From assembly GCF_009914755.1 (NCBI RefSeq), contig NC_060931.1: 64,000 nucleotides of DNA, one strand, 5' to 3'. The notes beneath the pieces were generated by a model, which saw only the letters and a list, made by a program, of their open reading frames with translations, did no database searches and was not told the DNA's origin. This stretch comes from the human T2T-CHM13v2.0 reference genome, Homo sapiens. Below, in pieces: positions 44,451-60,751 of the stretch (positions are counted from its first letter, which is position 1; each line of letters opens with the position of its first letter). The position numbers were made by a program, and so were the translations under genes.

Positions 44451-46629
44451 AAAAGCTCTGCAGGTAATATAGTCTGAAATATTTATCAGAGGAATGTCCA
44501 AAGCCATACAGTTAAGCGTTCACTGCAAAGTAGGGATTCCTTTTTGGGAGCCACTTACCATGCTCCACAAATCAATCTCACAATAGTCTCAGTGTAACTA
44601 CACTAAGTATAGTTCTACTTCCTTAGTGGAACTGTAGGAAGTTATAGCCAAAAACTATTCCAGGTTATTTGCCATTTCAATCATTGGAAGTAGCTATAGA
44701 GACATGTACTTGAGAACTTCATCATTTACAGTTGAATGATTTTCTAGACCTTCCAAATACTGGATTTTACCCCTTTCATGACCCTTTGCTCCCTATATAA
44801 ACTTTCATCAATGCCAGAATATTGAATGAAATCACCCTGAAATCAGCCATCATATCAAAGATGGCTACAAGATACATCTCAAACCTTCAGAAAATGGTCT
44901 GTGCTAATGAGAAGGCCGAAGTGTCAACCGCAATATGTCTGTATAGGTACCTCAAATGTGACAACAACTAACAAAAAAAACACTCTGGTACAAATAAACT
45001 AGTACTGGATGCAGCTAATAAAGCACATGATACTATAATGTTAAATACATACACTAATAGAATTTTCTACAATTCTCTGTTACGAGGTCCTTTGTAAATC
45101 ACAGGAGAGTAAGTGGTTTTAAGATTAAATTTGCCCATATAGTTAATTGCCACTTCACAGCAAGTACTGTGAATAAAAAATCCAAATTGAGCTGGTTTGG
45201 ACCTAGTTACAAATACCATTTAAACAGAACAGAAAAAAAGCCTCTATGTTGACAGGGATAACACCAAAGTGGAACACAGGCCTCATACAACCATCTAGAA
45301 TCTCTCAGTTTCACCTTCGCTTCAGACATACTGAGGATTTTTCATTTGAGTTTTTCTTTCCAGAGCATGTATCACAAACTTCAAAGATAAATTAGTAAAA
45401 ATACACACACATAATAGCATAGGTTGATTTTATGTTTTTTAAGATGAAGGTTTTAAGGTTATCTCATTCAATCCCCTTCATTTTAAAAATGAGAAAATAA
45501 AGCTCCAAAAAGGTAATTCACACATGGCTACATGATATATCAGAGACAATAATTTCTCTGTTAATTACTTATACCTCTGTTCAATACAGTAATCCAAATT
45601 TTCAAATGCAATAAGTTATTTTACAAGCCTATCAAAGGAACTTGCTACTTTAAAGACAACTGGAGTACTACGACCACTGTCTTAAGAGAAGGAAAACTGA
45701 GTGGGCTGGTTAAGGATGCAGAGGAGGATAAAATCACAGTCACTCTTTGACCCAAAATCAACTTAATTTCCAGAATGCCTAGTAAGCTTGAAGCAGCTTG
45801 GTGCAGCTAAGCACAAAGAGCTCAAACATTTATCAAGTCTCCTCTGAAGAGTTCTAAATATGGGGACATCCTAGTGTGCTGCTTTACATTTCTTCCCAGT
45901 CCAGACTGCACAGAACAGAACTCTCCTCAAAATATCCCAGAAGGACTTCAGAATCCATTTTTTCAAATGTTTTGACACAACACTGAAAAGGTGCAATTAT
46001 TAAAATATCGGAAACTATTATATTAATTCAAATATGTTCAGCTACCACTCATTCTTCTTCCTATTTTTAAATGTGGGGATCACTAAGTATCTTTAAACTT
46101 AGTGTATTTTCAATTTTTTTTCTCTACAGCCACAGTGAAAGGGGTGGAAAGTTAAAAAAGAAGGAATTTGATTTTTTATCTATTAGAAGGAAGGAAAAGT
46201 TTAGGTGGCATTATTATATGTGAAAACTGAACTGTAAAGCATACAGTATGTGCATCTTCACAGGGTATATAATTTCAAAAGGTGAAAAATGTTTAAATAG
46301 ATTTTAAAATTATTTCTCTGCAAATATCACAAAATATTAAAAGTATAGGCTTGCTATGAAAGTATCTTTAAATGTTGTGTTTCTATTTTTAAAAAATCAC
46401 TTTGTCACTTGAGAGAAATAAGGTTGTTACTTTTTTTCTATTTTCCCCATTCTCATATCCTTCATGTTTTTCTTCATTAATTACATTGTCCTTTTTCTGA
46501 GGGTTTAAAATATTGTGCATATTCATGTATCCGCTGATACATATATTTATGGTCTAGCTCAGCTAATGCATTGGTGAATATGTTCACATAGATGTATATG
46601 TATATGCACACACATGCACATAACAAGAA

Positions 46630-46870
46630 AGATGGCACAGTGGCTAAGGCTCTTTCTAGAGTAAGACTGCTTGGTTCAAATTCTGCTTCCACCACTTACA
46701 AGCTTGGACAAGTTTCTTAACCTCTCAGTGCCATAATTTTCTTATCTATAAAATGGGGATAATAACAGTAAGTGCCTCTAGGGGTACAAATAGGACTAAA
46801 TAAAGATTTAATATTTATAGTGATTATAACAGCGTCTAGCATTGTTAAGTGCCTGCAAATAAGTGTTGAA
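46630..46870 (+). mobile_element. MIR
   Basis: ggacaagtttcttaacctctcagtgcc...ctataaaatggggataataacag core. Confidence 0.8.
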
Positions 46871-47161
46871 TTTTTTTAAATTATTTTTTACTTTTCTTCA
46901 TTCTCCTTCTCTTCATTTTCCTCATCGCTTCTACTGCTACATCTTTATCAAGTATTTAACCATCAAATCCAGCCATACAGACAAAATTTATATACTTCCT
47001 ACACTCAGAAAATAAACAACAGGACACTGTTAACCCTGATGATAATGAATATACCTAAAACAAAGAAGTAAGAGAGCAAAAATGATAAGCAAGAACAGAA
47101 ACTATATGGCATAATGCAGTGGTCTTCAAATTGGAGTAGATATGCCCCTCTAATTACAGTA

Positions 47162-47314
47162 GGAAGGTCTGTCCCTTCCTACTGTCCTTCAGCATAATAT
47201 CTATTGGAGACATTACATTATTCAGTGATACATGAAATACTTTAGACTTACGTTTTTCTTGTAACAGTTATATATTAATCAAGATGCAGGTTTATAGTCT
47301 AATGTTGAGCCTTA
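47162..47314 (+). repeat. 153-bp dispersed direct duplication, copy 1
   Basis: 144/153 identical to 54315-54467 by manual alignment. Confidence 0.95.
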
Positions 47315-47720
47315 GAAGATTTTTCTAAGAAACAGCTAGGCATATAAATATATTTAAGGAAATCAATTGCTAGATCTAAACGTCCATAAAAATTTTTCCT
47401 AAAAATGACCTATGTGAGAAAGTGCCTCTCAAGTATGATATCCTTTCCCATCTCTCTTCTCACAATTATCCTTCTCTAGATTTATAGGGAAAAAAAAGTC
47501 GTGCTCTTACACATCCCCAAGAACACTGCAGGACATTGTTTTGGGCAGACAAACTGTGGGGAGCCAAAAAAAAATGAAATCTCATATATTTTTCCACTAC
47601 AGGTGCTCTCAGCTTAAGTGAGGACCAGCTCCCCAAGTCAGAAAACATCTTACCATCTTTACTCCTTCCTAGCAATTTATTCCCCCTTTCCTAGAAGAAT
47701 GAAAAAAAAATAGACACAAA

Positions 47721-47748
47721 CATACATACATACATACATACATACATA
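47721..47748. repeat. (CATA)n tetranucleotide repeat
   Basis: catacatacata... Confidence 0.9.
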
Positions 47749-48004
47749 AGTTTAAACTGGTTTGGCCTTCAAAGGAACAAAATCATACAAGATCATGATG
47801 AATAATAAAGAAGTATAAATGTGAAGACTGAGAATAACGAAACTTTAAAGGACTAATGGAGAATTAGAATTCAAGCACGTTCTCTAAGACATGGGCATTC
47901 TCAAATATATTCTAACGTTCTAGGTTTCAGATTACATGATCCCTTTTATGGAGTGCTAAAAGGGCGGAGATTGGGAAATGGGATTAATTAAAGAACAGGG
48001 AAGA

Positions 48005-48907
48005 GGAGGAGCCAAGATGGCCGAATAGGAACAGCTCCGGTCTACAGCTCCCAGCGTGAGTGACGCAGAAGACGGGTGATTTCTGCATTTCCATCTGAGG
48101 TACCGGGTTCATCTCACTAGGGAGTGCCAGACAGTGGGCGCAGGCCAGTGGGTGCGCGCACCGTGCGTGAGCCGAAGCAGGGCGAGGCATTGCCTCACCT
48201 GGGAAGCGCAAGGGGTCAGGGAGTTCCCTTTCCTAGTCAAAGAAAGGGGTGATGGACGCACCTGGAAAATCGGGTCACTCCCACCCGAATATTGCGCTTT
48301 TCAGACCGGCTTAAGAAACGGCGCACCACGAGACTGTATCCCACACCTGGCTCGGAGGGTCCTACGCCCACGGAATCTCGCTGATTGCTAGCACAGCAGT
48401 CTGAGATCAAACTGCAAGGCGGCAGCAAGGCTGGGGGAGGGGCGCCCGCCATTGCCCAGGCTTGCTTAGGTAAACAAAGCAGCCTGGAAGCTCAAACTGG
48501 GTGGAGCCCGCCACAGCTCAAGGAGGCCTGCCTGCCTCTGTAGGCTCCACCTCTGGGGGCAGGGCACAGACAAACAAAAAGACAGCAGTAACCTCTGCAG
48601 ACTTAAATGTCCCTGTCTGACAGCTTTGAAGAGAGCAGTGGTTCTCCCAGCACACAGCTGGAGATCTGAGAACAGGCAGACTGCCTCCTCAAGTGGGTCC
48701 CTGACCCCTGACCCCCGAGCAGCCTAACTGGGAGGCAGCCCCCAGCAGGGGCACACTGACACCTCACACGGCAGGGTATTCCAACAGACCTGCAGCTGAG
48801 GGTCCTGTCTGTTAGAAGAAAAACTAACAAACAGAAAGGACATCCACACCGAAAACCCATCTGTACATCACCATCATCAAAGACCAAAAGTAGATAAAAC
48901 CACAAAG
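48005..48907 (+). promoter_or_regulatory. L1 5' UTR: CpG-rich sense promoter (YY1 site) and antisense promoter
   Basis: caagatggccg YY1 motif intact near 48013; CpG-rich. Confidence 0.85.
48237..48452 (-). CDS. ORF0: L1 ORF0 (71 aa), intact
   Basis: MAGAPPPALLPPCSLISDCCASNQRDSVGVGPSEPG...HPFL matches the primate L1 ORF0 peptide; Kozak gcaATGg. Confidence 0.9.
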   Translation of the reverse strand: MAGAPPPALLPPCSLISDCCASNQRDSVGVGPSEPGVGYSLVVRRFLSRSEKRNIRVGVTRFSRCVHHPFL

Positions 48908-49924
48908 ATGGAGAAAAAACAGAACAGAAAAACTGGAAACTCTAAAACACAGAGCGCCTCTCCTCCTCCAAAGGAACGCAGTTCCTCACCAGCAACGGAA
49001 CAAAACTGGATGGAGAATGATTTCGATGAGCTAAGAGAGGAACGCTTCAGACGATCAAATTACTCTGAGCTACGGGAGGACATTCAAAGCAAAGGCAAAG
49101 AAGTTGAAAACTTTGAAAAAAATTTAGAAGAATGTATAACTAGAATAACCAATACAGAGAAATGCTTAAAGGAGCTGATGGAGCTGAAAACCAAGGCTCG
49201 AGAACTACGTGAAGAATGCAGAAGCCTCAGGAGCCGATGCGATCAACTGGAAGAAAGGGTATCAGCAATGGAAGATGAAACGAATGAAATGAAGCGAGAA
49301 GGGAAGTTTAGAGAAAAAAGAATAAAAAGAAATGAGCAAAGCCTCCAAGAAATATGGGACTATGTGAAAAGACCAAATCTACGTCTGATTGGTGTACCTG
49401 AAAGTGATGCGGAGAATGGAACCAAGTTGGAAAACACTCTGCAGGATATTATCCAGGAGAACTTCCCCAATCTAGCAAGGCAGGCCGACGTTCAGATTCA
49501 GGAAATACAGAGAACGCCACAAAGATACTCCTCGAGAAGAGCAACTCCAAGACACATAATTGTCAGATTCACCAAAGTTGAAATGAAGGAAAAAATGTTA
49601 AGGGCAGCCAGAGAGAAAGGTCGGATTACCCTCAAAGGGAAGCCCATCAGACTAACAGCGGATCTCTCGACAGAAACCCTACAAGCCAGAAGAGAGTGGG
49701 GGCCAATATTCAACATTCTTAAAGAAAAGAATTTTCAACTCAGAATTTCATATCCAGCCAAACTAAGCTTCATAAGTGAAGGAGAAATAAAATACTTTAC
49801 AGACAAGCAAATGCTGAGAGATTTTGTCACCACCAGGCCTGCCCTAAAAGAGCTCCTGAAGGAAGCGCTAAACATGGAAAGGAACAACCGGTACCAGCCG
49901 CTGCAAAATCATGCCAAAATGTAA
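48908..49924 (+). CDS. ORF1: L1 ORF1p (338 aa), intact frame
   Basis: Full length; REKG, ARR and YPAKLS motifs retained. Confidence 0.95.
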   Translation: MEKKQNRKTGNSKTQSASPPPKERSSSPATEQNWMENDFDELREERFRRSNYSELREDIQSKGKEVENFEKNLEECITRITNTEKCLKELMELKTKARELREECRSLRSRCDQLEERVSAMEDETNEMKREGKFREKRIKRNEQSLQEIWDYVKRPNLRLIGVPESDAENGTKLENTLQDIIQENFPNLARQADVQIQEIQRTPQRYSSRRATPRHIIVRFTKVEMKEKMLRAAREKGRITLKGKPIRLTADLSTETLQARREWGPIFNILKEKNFQLRISYPAKLSFISEGEIKYFTDKQMLRDFVTTRPALKELLKEALNMERNNRYQPLQNHAKM

Positions 49925-49987
49925 AGACCATCGAGACTAGGAAGAAACTGCATCAACTAAGGAACGAAATCACCAGCTAACATCATA

Positions 49988-53815
<3,828 letters not shown>

Positions 53816-54314
53816 ACAATGAGATCACATGGACACAGGAAGGGGAATATCACACTCTGGGGACTGTGGTGGGGAGGGGGGAGGGGGGAGGGATAGCATT
53901 GGGAGATATACCTAATGCTAGATGACGAGTTAGGGGGTGCAGCGCACCAGCATGGCACATGTATACATATGTAACTAACCTGCACAATGTGCACATGTAC
54001 CCTAAAACTTAAAGTATAATTAAAAAAAAAAAAAAAGAACAGGGAAGAACAAGAGAATAAAGGAAAAAAGCAGAGAGAAGGCAAGGCAAAATGATTTATT
54101 AGGAAAGGAAGAAACCCTTTCAAACAAAGAAATCCTACGTTTTCTCTCGATATATCACTAGAAGCATATGCAAGAAATCAATATATACTTTTTTAAAAGA
54201 AAGGATTAAGTAGAAGATAAGAGAAGATACACAGGTCATAGGGAATAAAAAATTAATAGTGCCTTTCCACACAGACTTGAAACAATTCTGGTCACTGAAG
54301 GGCAGTAAGGCTGG

Positions 54315-54467
54315 GGAAGGTATCTCCCTTCCTACTGTCCTTCAGTGTAGTATCTATTGGAGACATTACATTATTCAGTGATACATGAAATACTTTAGAC
54401 TTATGTTTTTCTAGTAACAGTTACATATTAATCAAGATGCAGGTTTATAGTCTAATTTTGAGCCTTA
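54315..54467 (+). repeat. 153-bp dispersed direct duplication, copy 2
   Basis: Matches 47162-47314. Confidence 0.95.
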
Positions 54468-55109
54468 CTTTAGTTTTTATCAGCAACAATCTTGTATAAT
54501 CTACCATGACTATACATATGCATCAGGTTTAGTAAAGCAATTTATGATACAGTCTCCATATGTGAAATTGAAAGCCAGAAGCTAACTATTATTTTAACAA
54601 GCTGTCAAGATATATAGAGTTTTGCCAAAGAAACATTGATTACACTGGTCTTTTGAAAAGTAGATAAAACTTAGAATTCCCTAAGCAAACCATAGTTACA
54701 CAAAATTGTCCTGAGATTCCTATGAAGCACATGACTCAAATGCTACCAAAATCCTTCATAAGTAAGATTTATTTCCAATAAATTATATATCTCTGTTTTA
54801 GAACTCTGATAATTTGCAGCCCATTTTCCAGTAACATGTTTTTATCATTTTCTACTGCTGAATAAAAAAGAAATTAAAGGACAAAGAGAAGATCATGAGT
54901 GAACTATCCAAATTTTATTACAATCTTGAAAAATACACATCCGTTGACTTCCTGTTCCTCTGCCACTAAATCTCTGTGGGGAGGTCCAACTTCCAATTCT
55001 CTGAAGTCGCAAGGTAGAGGAAATAAAACTAAGGAGCAGGTTGCTATAGCTCTCCAATTCAAAAGCAAATTATTACTCTATTTAATACAGCAATCTACTA
55101 TAATCTCCT

Positions 55110-55320
55110 CCAACACTCCTGATCCTCTTTACAGTACTCTTTTCTATAGTACTTATCTCCTAACAAAAAAATGTACATATTTACTATACCTATTATGTCA
55201 CTTGTTGCTAGAAAGTAAGCTTCAAAAGGGCAGGGATCTACATCATTTTGTTCACTGGCCAATCTCAAATACCTAGAACAGTGTCTGACACATAGTAGGA
55301 GCTCTACTGAATAAATAAAC
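55110..55320 (+). mobile_element. L2 3' end
   Basis: agaaagtaagcttcaaaagggcaggga...cctagaacagtgtctgacacatagtagg. Confidence 0.75.
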
Positions 55321-55813
55321 TATTACTTTACCAGTATCAAACTCCCCACCTGAGGTAGCACTACCTAAACTACATGTTGTTCCGATTCTAATTGCATGTG
55401 ATTTTTCTAATCTTCGTGTCATTATCATAGATAAGTGTCCATTGCTACAACTGGAAGTAATCTGTGCACACTGCAGCCTTCATTGAAACCCAGATAATAC
55501 TTCTGTTCGTAGCTGACCTCATTTTTATGGCATCCCACTGTATAGCTTGCTTCTTCACTCTTATTTAGGCAGTGTCTTCGCAGTTTCCTGCCTTGAATAC
55601 CTCTTGTATACATTTACCACCTTAATTATTTGCTGTGTACATTTTCCTTGATGCCTTCTCCCCACTATGACAGCAGATTCCCTCTTCTGATTTTCCACTG
55701 ATCAGCACGGCCCTTCAAAAACCTTCACAAAAGCCCGTTAGAAACAGATTGAGAGACGCATTTGTGAAGCTATTTAACAAATTTAAGTGTCATTTTTAAA
55801 GTATTCATTGTAA

Positions 55814-55867
55814 ATTGGAGCATTGTTTCATATCGGTATCATTGGAGCATTGTTTGATATCGGTAAC
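55814..55867. repeat. 27-bp tandem duplication
   Basis: attggagcattgttt(c/g)atatcggta(t/a)c x2. Confidence 0.92.
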
Positions 55868-56434
55868 TTGCTTTAAACTGATTAAGCACATGTAAAGATA
55901 CATGCTACCAATAGAAGAGGATGAAACCGAGAGATCATCTTTATGGTTAATAGGGAGTCAGTGACAGGAAAGTAAAAAGACTGAAGGATGATTTTGGGAA
56001 GTCCAGGTAATTGTCTGGTTATCCCTCACCAATGTCTTGATCCAACCCAAGAATCACTCTAACACGGCAAAACTCAATCCTTCCTGTTATTTTATTTGTG
56101 GCAAGAGAAAGATCCCTAAAATAAAATGCATTTATAAAATGATTGCCTTATAATAAGCACTCAATAAATATTTGCTGAATAAGTTAATGGATCAATGAGT
56201 ATTTCCCTATGGTTTGGGAAGTTTAGCCAAATTAAATACCAGACTTTCAAATGTAAAGGGTTACGTCTCAAAAATATACCTCACCCAGCTGATACACATA
56301 ACACTTAAATAACTGTATCTGCATGCTCAGTAAGAACTTCATGCATTCATATATTTAATACATCATCAAAGCATTGTGAGACAACTTTCTAACAGTGAAT
56401 TGAAACCATATAAAAAACTTTGGACTTTTTGAGG

Positions 56435-56606
56435 GTTTTTGGTTTTTGTTTTTTATTAGAGATGGGGTCTTGCTTTGTCAGCTAGGCTGGAGTGCAGTGA
56501 TGCGATCGCAACTAACTGAAGCCTCAACTTGAAGGTCTCAAGTAATCCTCCATCTCTGCCTCCAGAATAGCTGGGACCACAGGTGCAGGCCACCACACGT
56601 GGCTCA
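56435..56606 (-). mobile_element. FRAM/AluJ right-arm monomer
   Basis: gagatggggtcttgctttgtc...ccaccacacgtggc. Confidence 0.75.
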
Positions 56607-59094
56607 TCAAGTGACAACTTATTCTCAGTCAAAATTCATGGGTAAAAATAAAGTTAAAATTTTTTATTTTAATTTTGAAAAAGTATATATTTTGTGATCA
56701 TAGCTTTGATTCTGCTCTCCATCAAATACATTTAATTTTCCATTTCTCCATATTTAAGCGATTAACCCCATTAAAAAATGGGAAACTATTCATTCTCAAC
56801 TCACTAAAGGAAGTATAAAAGGAATTAAATACAAAGACCCACTCAAATATAGCTAATTTCATTAATATTTCCTGTGTATCATTTCAAAAAAAATTACTAA
56901 AAAATATTCCTAAGATTCTTCTTATAATTTTTATAGTTTCATTATTAAGAATTATTGAGATAATTTATTTTAATTAGATGGGCTTTTATAAAGTATATAA
57001 TCAATAAGTGTTTGTAGATCCCTTAGTTTTAAAGCTTTTTTTTAAGTTTCTCTTTACCCAAAAATATAATCTGGATTAAATTCAATTTACTGACCCAAAG
57101 ATATAAATGAGAAATTCAAAACCATTAACACTCTAACACAGCTAGATGGAATGATGAATGATTAAGGGAGAAACCATAAGAAAACATCAGGTAATCATCT
57201 TTCTAGCATGGTCTGAATGAAATCCTTCCCATGAAATTAAAATTTGATACAAAGTCTATCAGGAAAACTTCTAAACTTTAAGATTTGTCAGGAAAATTGT
57301 GAAACACTGAAATATGCAAAATATTAGTGGATGTCCTATCTAGTATACCCTTCCAGATTATCTGAGTCAGTCAGAATATGAGCCTCACATTGTCTTTCTG
57401 CTACTTTACAACCATGCAGTTGTAAGACACAGAATAATACAAACAATTCTTTTCCATAAAAATGCAAATAAATTGTGTCCAGTGAAATGAAATGGATAAT
57501 TGGCCTGTGGCTATTAACCAGTTTTGCGTCTGTTTCACATTCATTTCAGCATCCTTGATTGCCCATATATGTGTGCTCTTAAAATTCTCCTTTGAATTAT
57601 TTGTAACATCTTACTGATCCCCTCATTAATTAATGAGCTTAATAAAGTCTTTGATACCCATTCTTTTTACATTTGAATAAAAGACATGATTTTAACCTTT
57701 CTTTAAAAGTATCCCTTGACAGAATCTATCACTAAAAGTATGACTTTTGATCCACCTTCCATAAACAGGCTTTCTTAAAATTTCCATTAAGTCATAAGTC
57801 ATCCCATTCAAATTACTCAAAATAAAATACTGCAGCATCAATATTTTGAATCCAAATATGAATGAATCCAAAGCACCATCATTATATGATATAAGTTTAC
57901 TATTTATATATCCCTAGAAGCAAAAAGGCTGCCAATTAAACTAAGACATAATGCTTTTTTATCAATTAGATTTCATTTTTTGGATATCTGTATCATATAT
58001 TCCACTGTTCTGCCCCATGCCTCTCATGTAGATAGATGAGTATATATTACTTATCCTTCTAAGCCTAAATCATAGGATTTGGGAATCATCAGAATACCTG
58101 AAGTGCATATAACTCAATTAAACTTTGACATTATGACCACATTCACACATGCACAGATAACAACTCCATCAAAACCACCACCTACCCAACATGGATTTTG
58201 AGTCCATCAATTCAAAGAAGCATCCCAGTTTCAGGTATGTTCAAATATGAAAAAATAGACATCTTAGAATGCATAAAACACCACAAATATAAGTGCAAAA
58301 ACATATAGCAGGATTATAAATGGCAAATAGCTTACAATCAGAAAACCTGTCACTAGAGGGTCATCATTTCCTTAAATAGTAACACTAGAATAATCCACAC
58401 AGACTGCTAGAAATTTATGAATCTTAAAACTGATAGTCAAAATCTCAATGAAGCCAAATAACTCTTTAGGGCAAGAAAAGGTGAGATCCTTGACTGAACT
58501 AAGGTTATTCAATCTCTTGTTTACTAAAACAGTGGTAGGGGTGGTTTGGTCTCTAGCAGAAGGGCAAACAAGATGGTATCACATAATGGAGCTGGCTTAA
58601 AGCAAAATAATAAAAATGAAAAAACACTCATTCCTCTACTTCTAAGAAAATTATATTCTTCCTTTTTGATGTACTGCTGACATTCCTTTCCTCTCTTCAA
58701 TCCTAGATTAGTTAACAGCTTGTAAAACTGCTGTTATTATAATGACAATCTCAATCAACTACATCATAAGGCTTTTTGCCTAAAGGATCATCTCTCCAAG
58801 TTGTAATCTCTTTGAAGACTAAGGAGACAAAAGTCTCTCTTGAACACTAAGGTCTTTTCCAAATTAAAAACAAAATATTCTAAATATTTATGAACGATAT
58901 CAATCAGACTTCCTGCTAAATATTACTTCTTAGTTTTTAGCCTTTTGTAATATGTTATAAAAGTTTCCATTGTCTTTGTATTGTTGAAGGCTACAATATT
59001 GCCTAGCACATAGTAACAGCAAATAAATGTTGGTAAACTAGAAACTGACTCTCACAGTGGCCTTGATTCTCACAGTTAACCTAGAAGTAAGTAC

Positions 59095-59232
59095 CGCAAC
59101 AATGTTTATTCCCATTTCATATATAAAGAAACTGAAGGTTGGAGAATTTAGGGTTTTGCTCTAAAATCACAGTTAATAAGTGGCATTGTCAAAACTGAAT
59201 CCCAGGCCCTTTGTCTCCAAGACCAGAGCAAT
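59095..59232 (-). mobile_element. MIR
   Basis: cccatttcatatataaagaaactgaagg...gaatcccaggcc. Confidence 0.65.
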
Positions 59233-60405
59233 TCTTACAGTAACAGACTGAACATCCCATGCCTAGATTTCCTTCCCTCTCTCTTCTCTTACCTACTACA
59301 TGATACTTGACTCAGGATTCTGGTTTGCTGAATTACTGAAACCACATCAACAGTGAGTCAATGGTAATTCTCTACCTGGTTACATTTACATTTTAGCACA
59401 GATATTGTAAGATAAGGTGCAGCAGAGATTATTGGAAATACACATATTGACAGTCAGATAGCTCACTTCTAGTGGAACTAGAATATTTAATTTTCCTGTG
59501 TCTCAAGTCCTTTATCTGCAAAAGCAGGTGAAATGCAGATGATCAATAAGGTCTTTTCCTAACTAAAAACCTAACATTCTAAATATTTATCAATTATACA
59601 AAATCAGATCACCTGCTACATTTTACTTAATACTGGCCTTGAAAAAAAAAAGAAAACTATAAAAACCTGTCTGTTAGATTCTGCAGTGGGCCAAAAACAG
59701 AATATATAAACAAAAATTTAAATATATTCCAACCATACTACTTGACTAAGGACACTGTCTGTACCAATTTAAAACTAGAAGGTTTTAAGGATAAATGAGA
59801 TCTATACAGGCACAATTGTCACAGCAGTCCTTCTAGGTATACAAGATACTGAAACATTTTACTGACCTATAACTTACTTTTTCATACATGGCAAAACTAT
59901 ATTTTTCTCATTACAAATGCCCTAGCTCTCCCCACAAAGTTATTGTGAAGTCTCCAAATATTGCTAATTTGTCCCTTAAAGCAAAAATATAAAACACTTT
60001 GTGACATATGAAAAATGTTCACCATGTCCTTTAGTTGCTTCAAGATATAGCATATAAATCTTTGAGTTTCTAAACAGAACCATACTATCTAGATATTTTT
60101 GTCTAAAAGATTTAAAGCTTAAATGTGCTACCTTTTTTTCTCTCTTGCAGCTTTCAAGTCACTTAGCCTGCTCCAGTCTCCAAGATATACATTATTTTTC
60201 CAATAAATCAATAAATAAAATTGGTATTTTTGACTACTTCTTAGTATAAATCTTGTCTTTGTATCAACAAATGTTCGAGTGCATTTTCATTGTATGACTA
60301 AATTTCTATTAAAAATGTAAATAATTTCTGCTTACTCTATCGAGTCTTTAATTAAAAGTGGTTTTTAAAGAGTCAAAAGACTTTGATCAATTTTTATAGA
60401 ATGCA

Positions 60406-60751
<346 letters not shown>

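Noticed and set aside
44545-44565. Strong minus-strand donor ATG|GTAAGT (similar motif near 60770)
   Set aside because: No convincing paired acceptor or coding frame; such motifs are common by chance.
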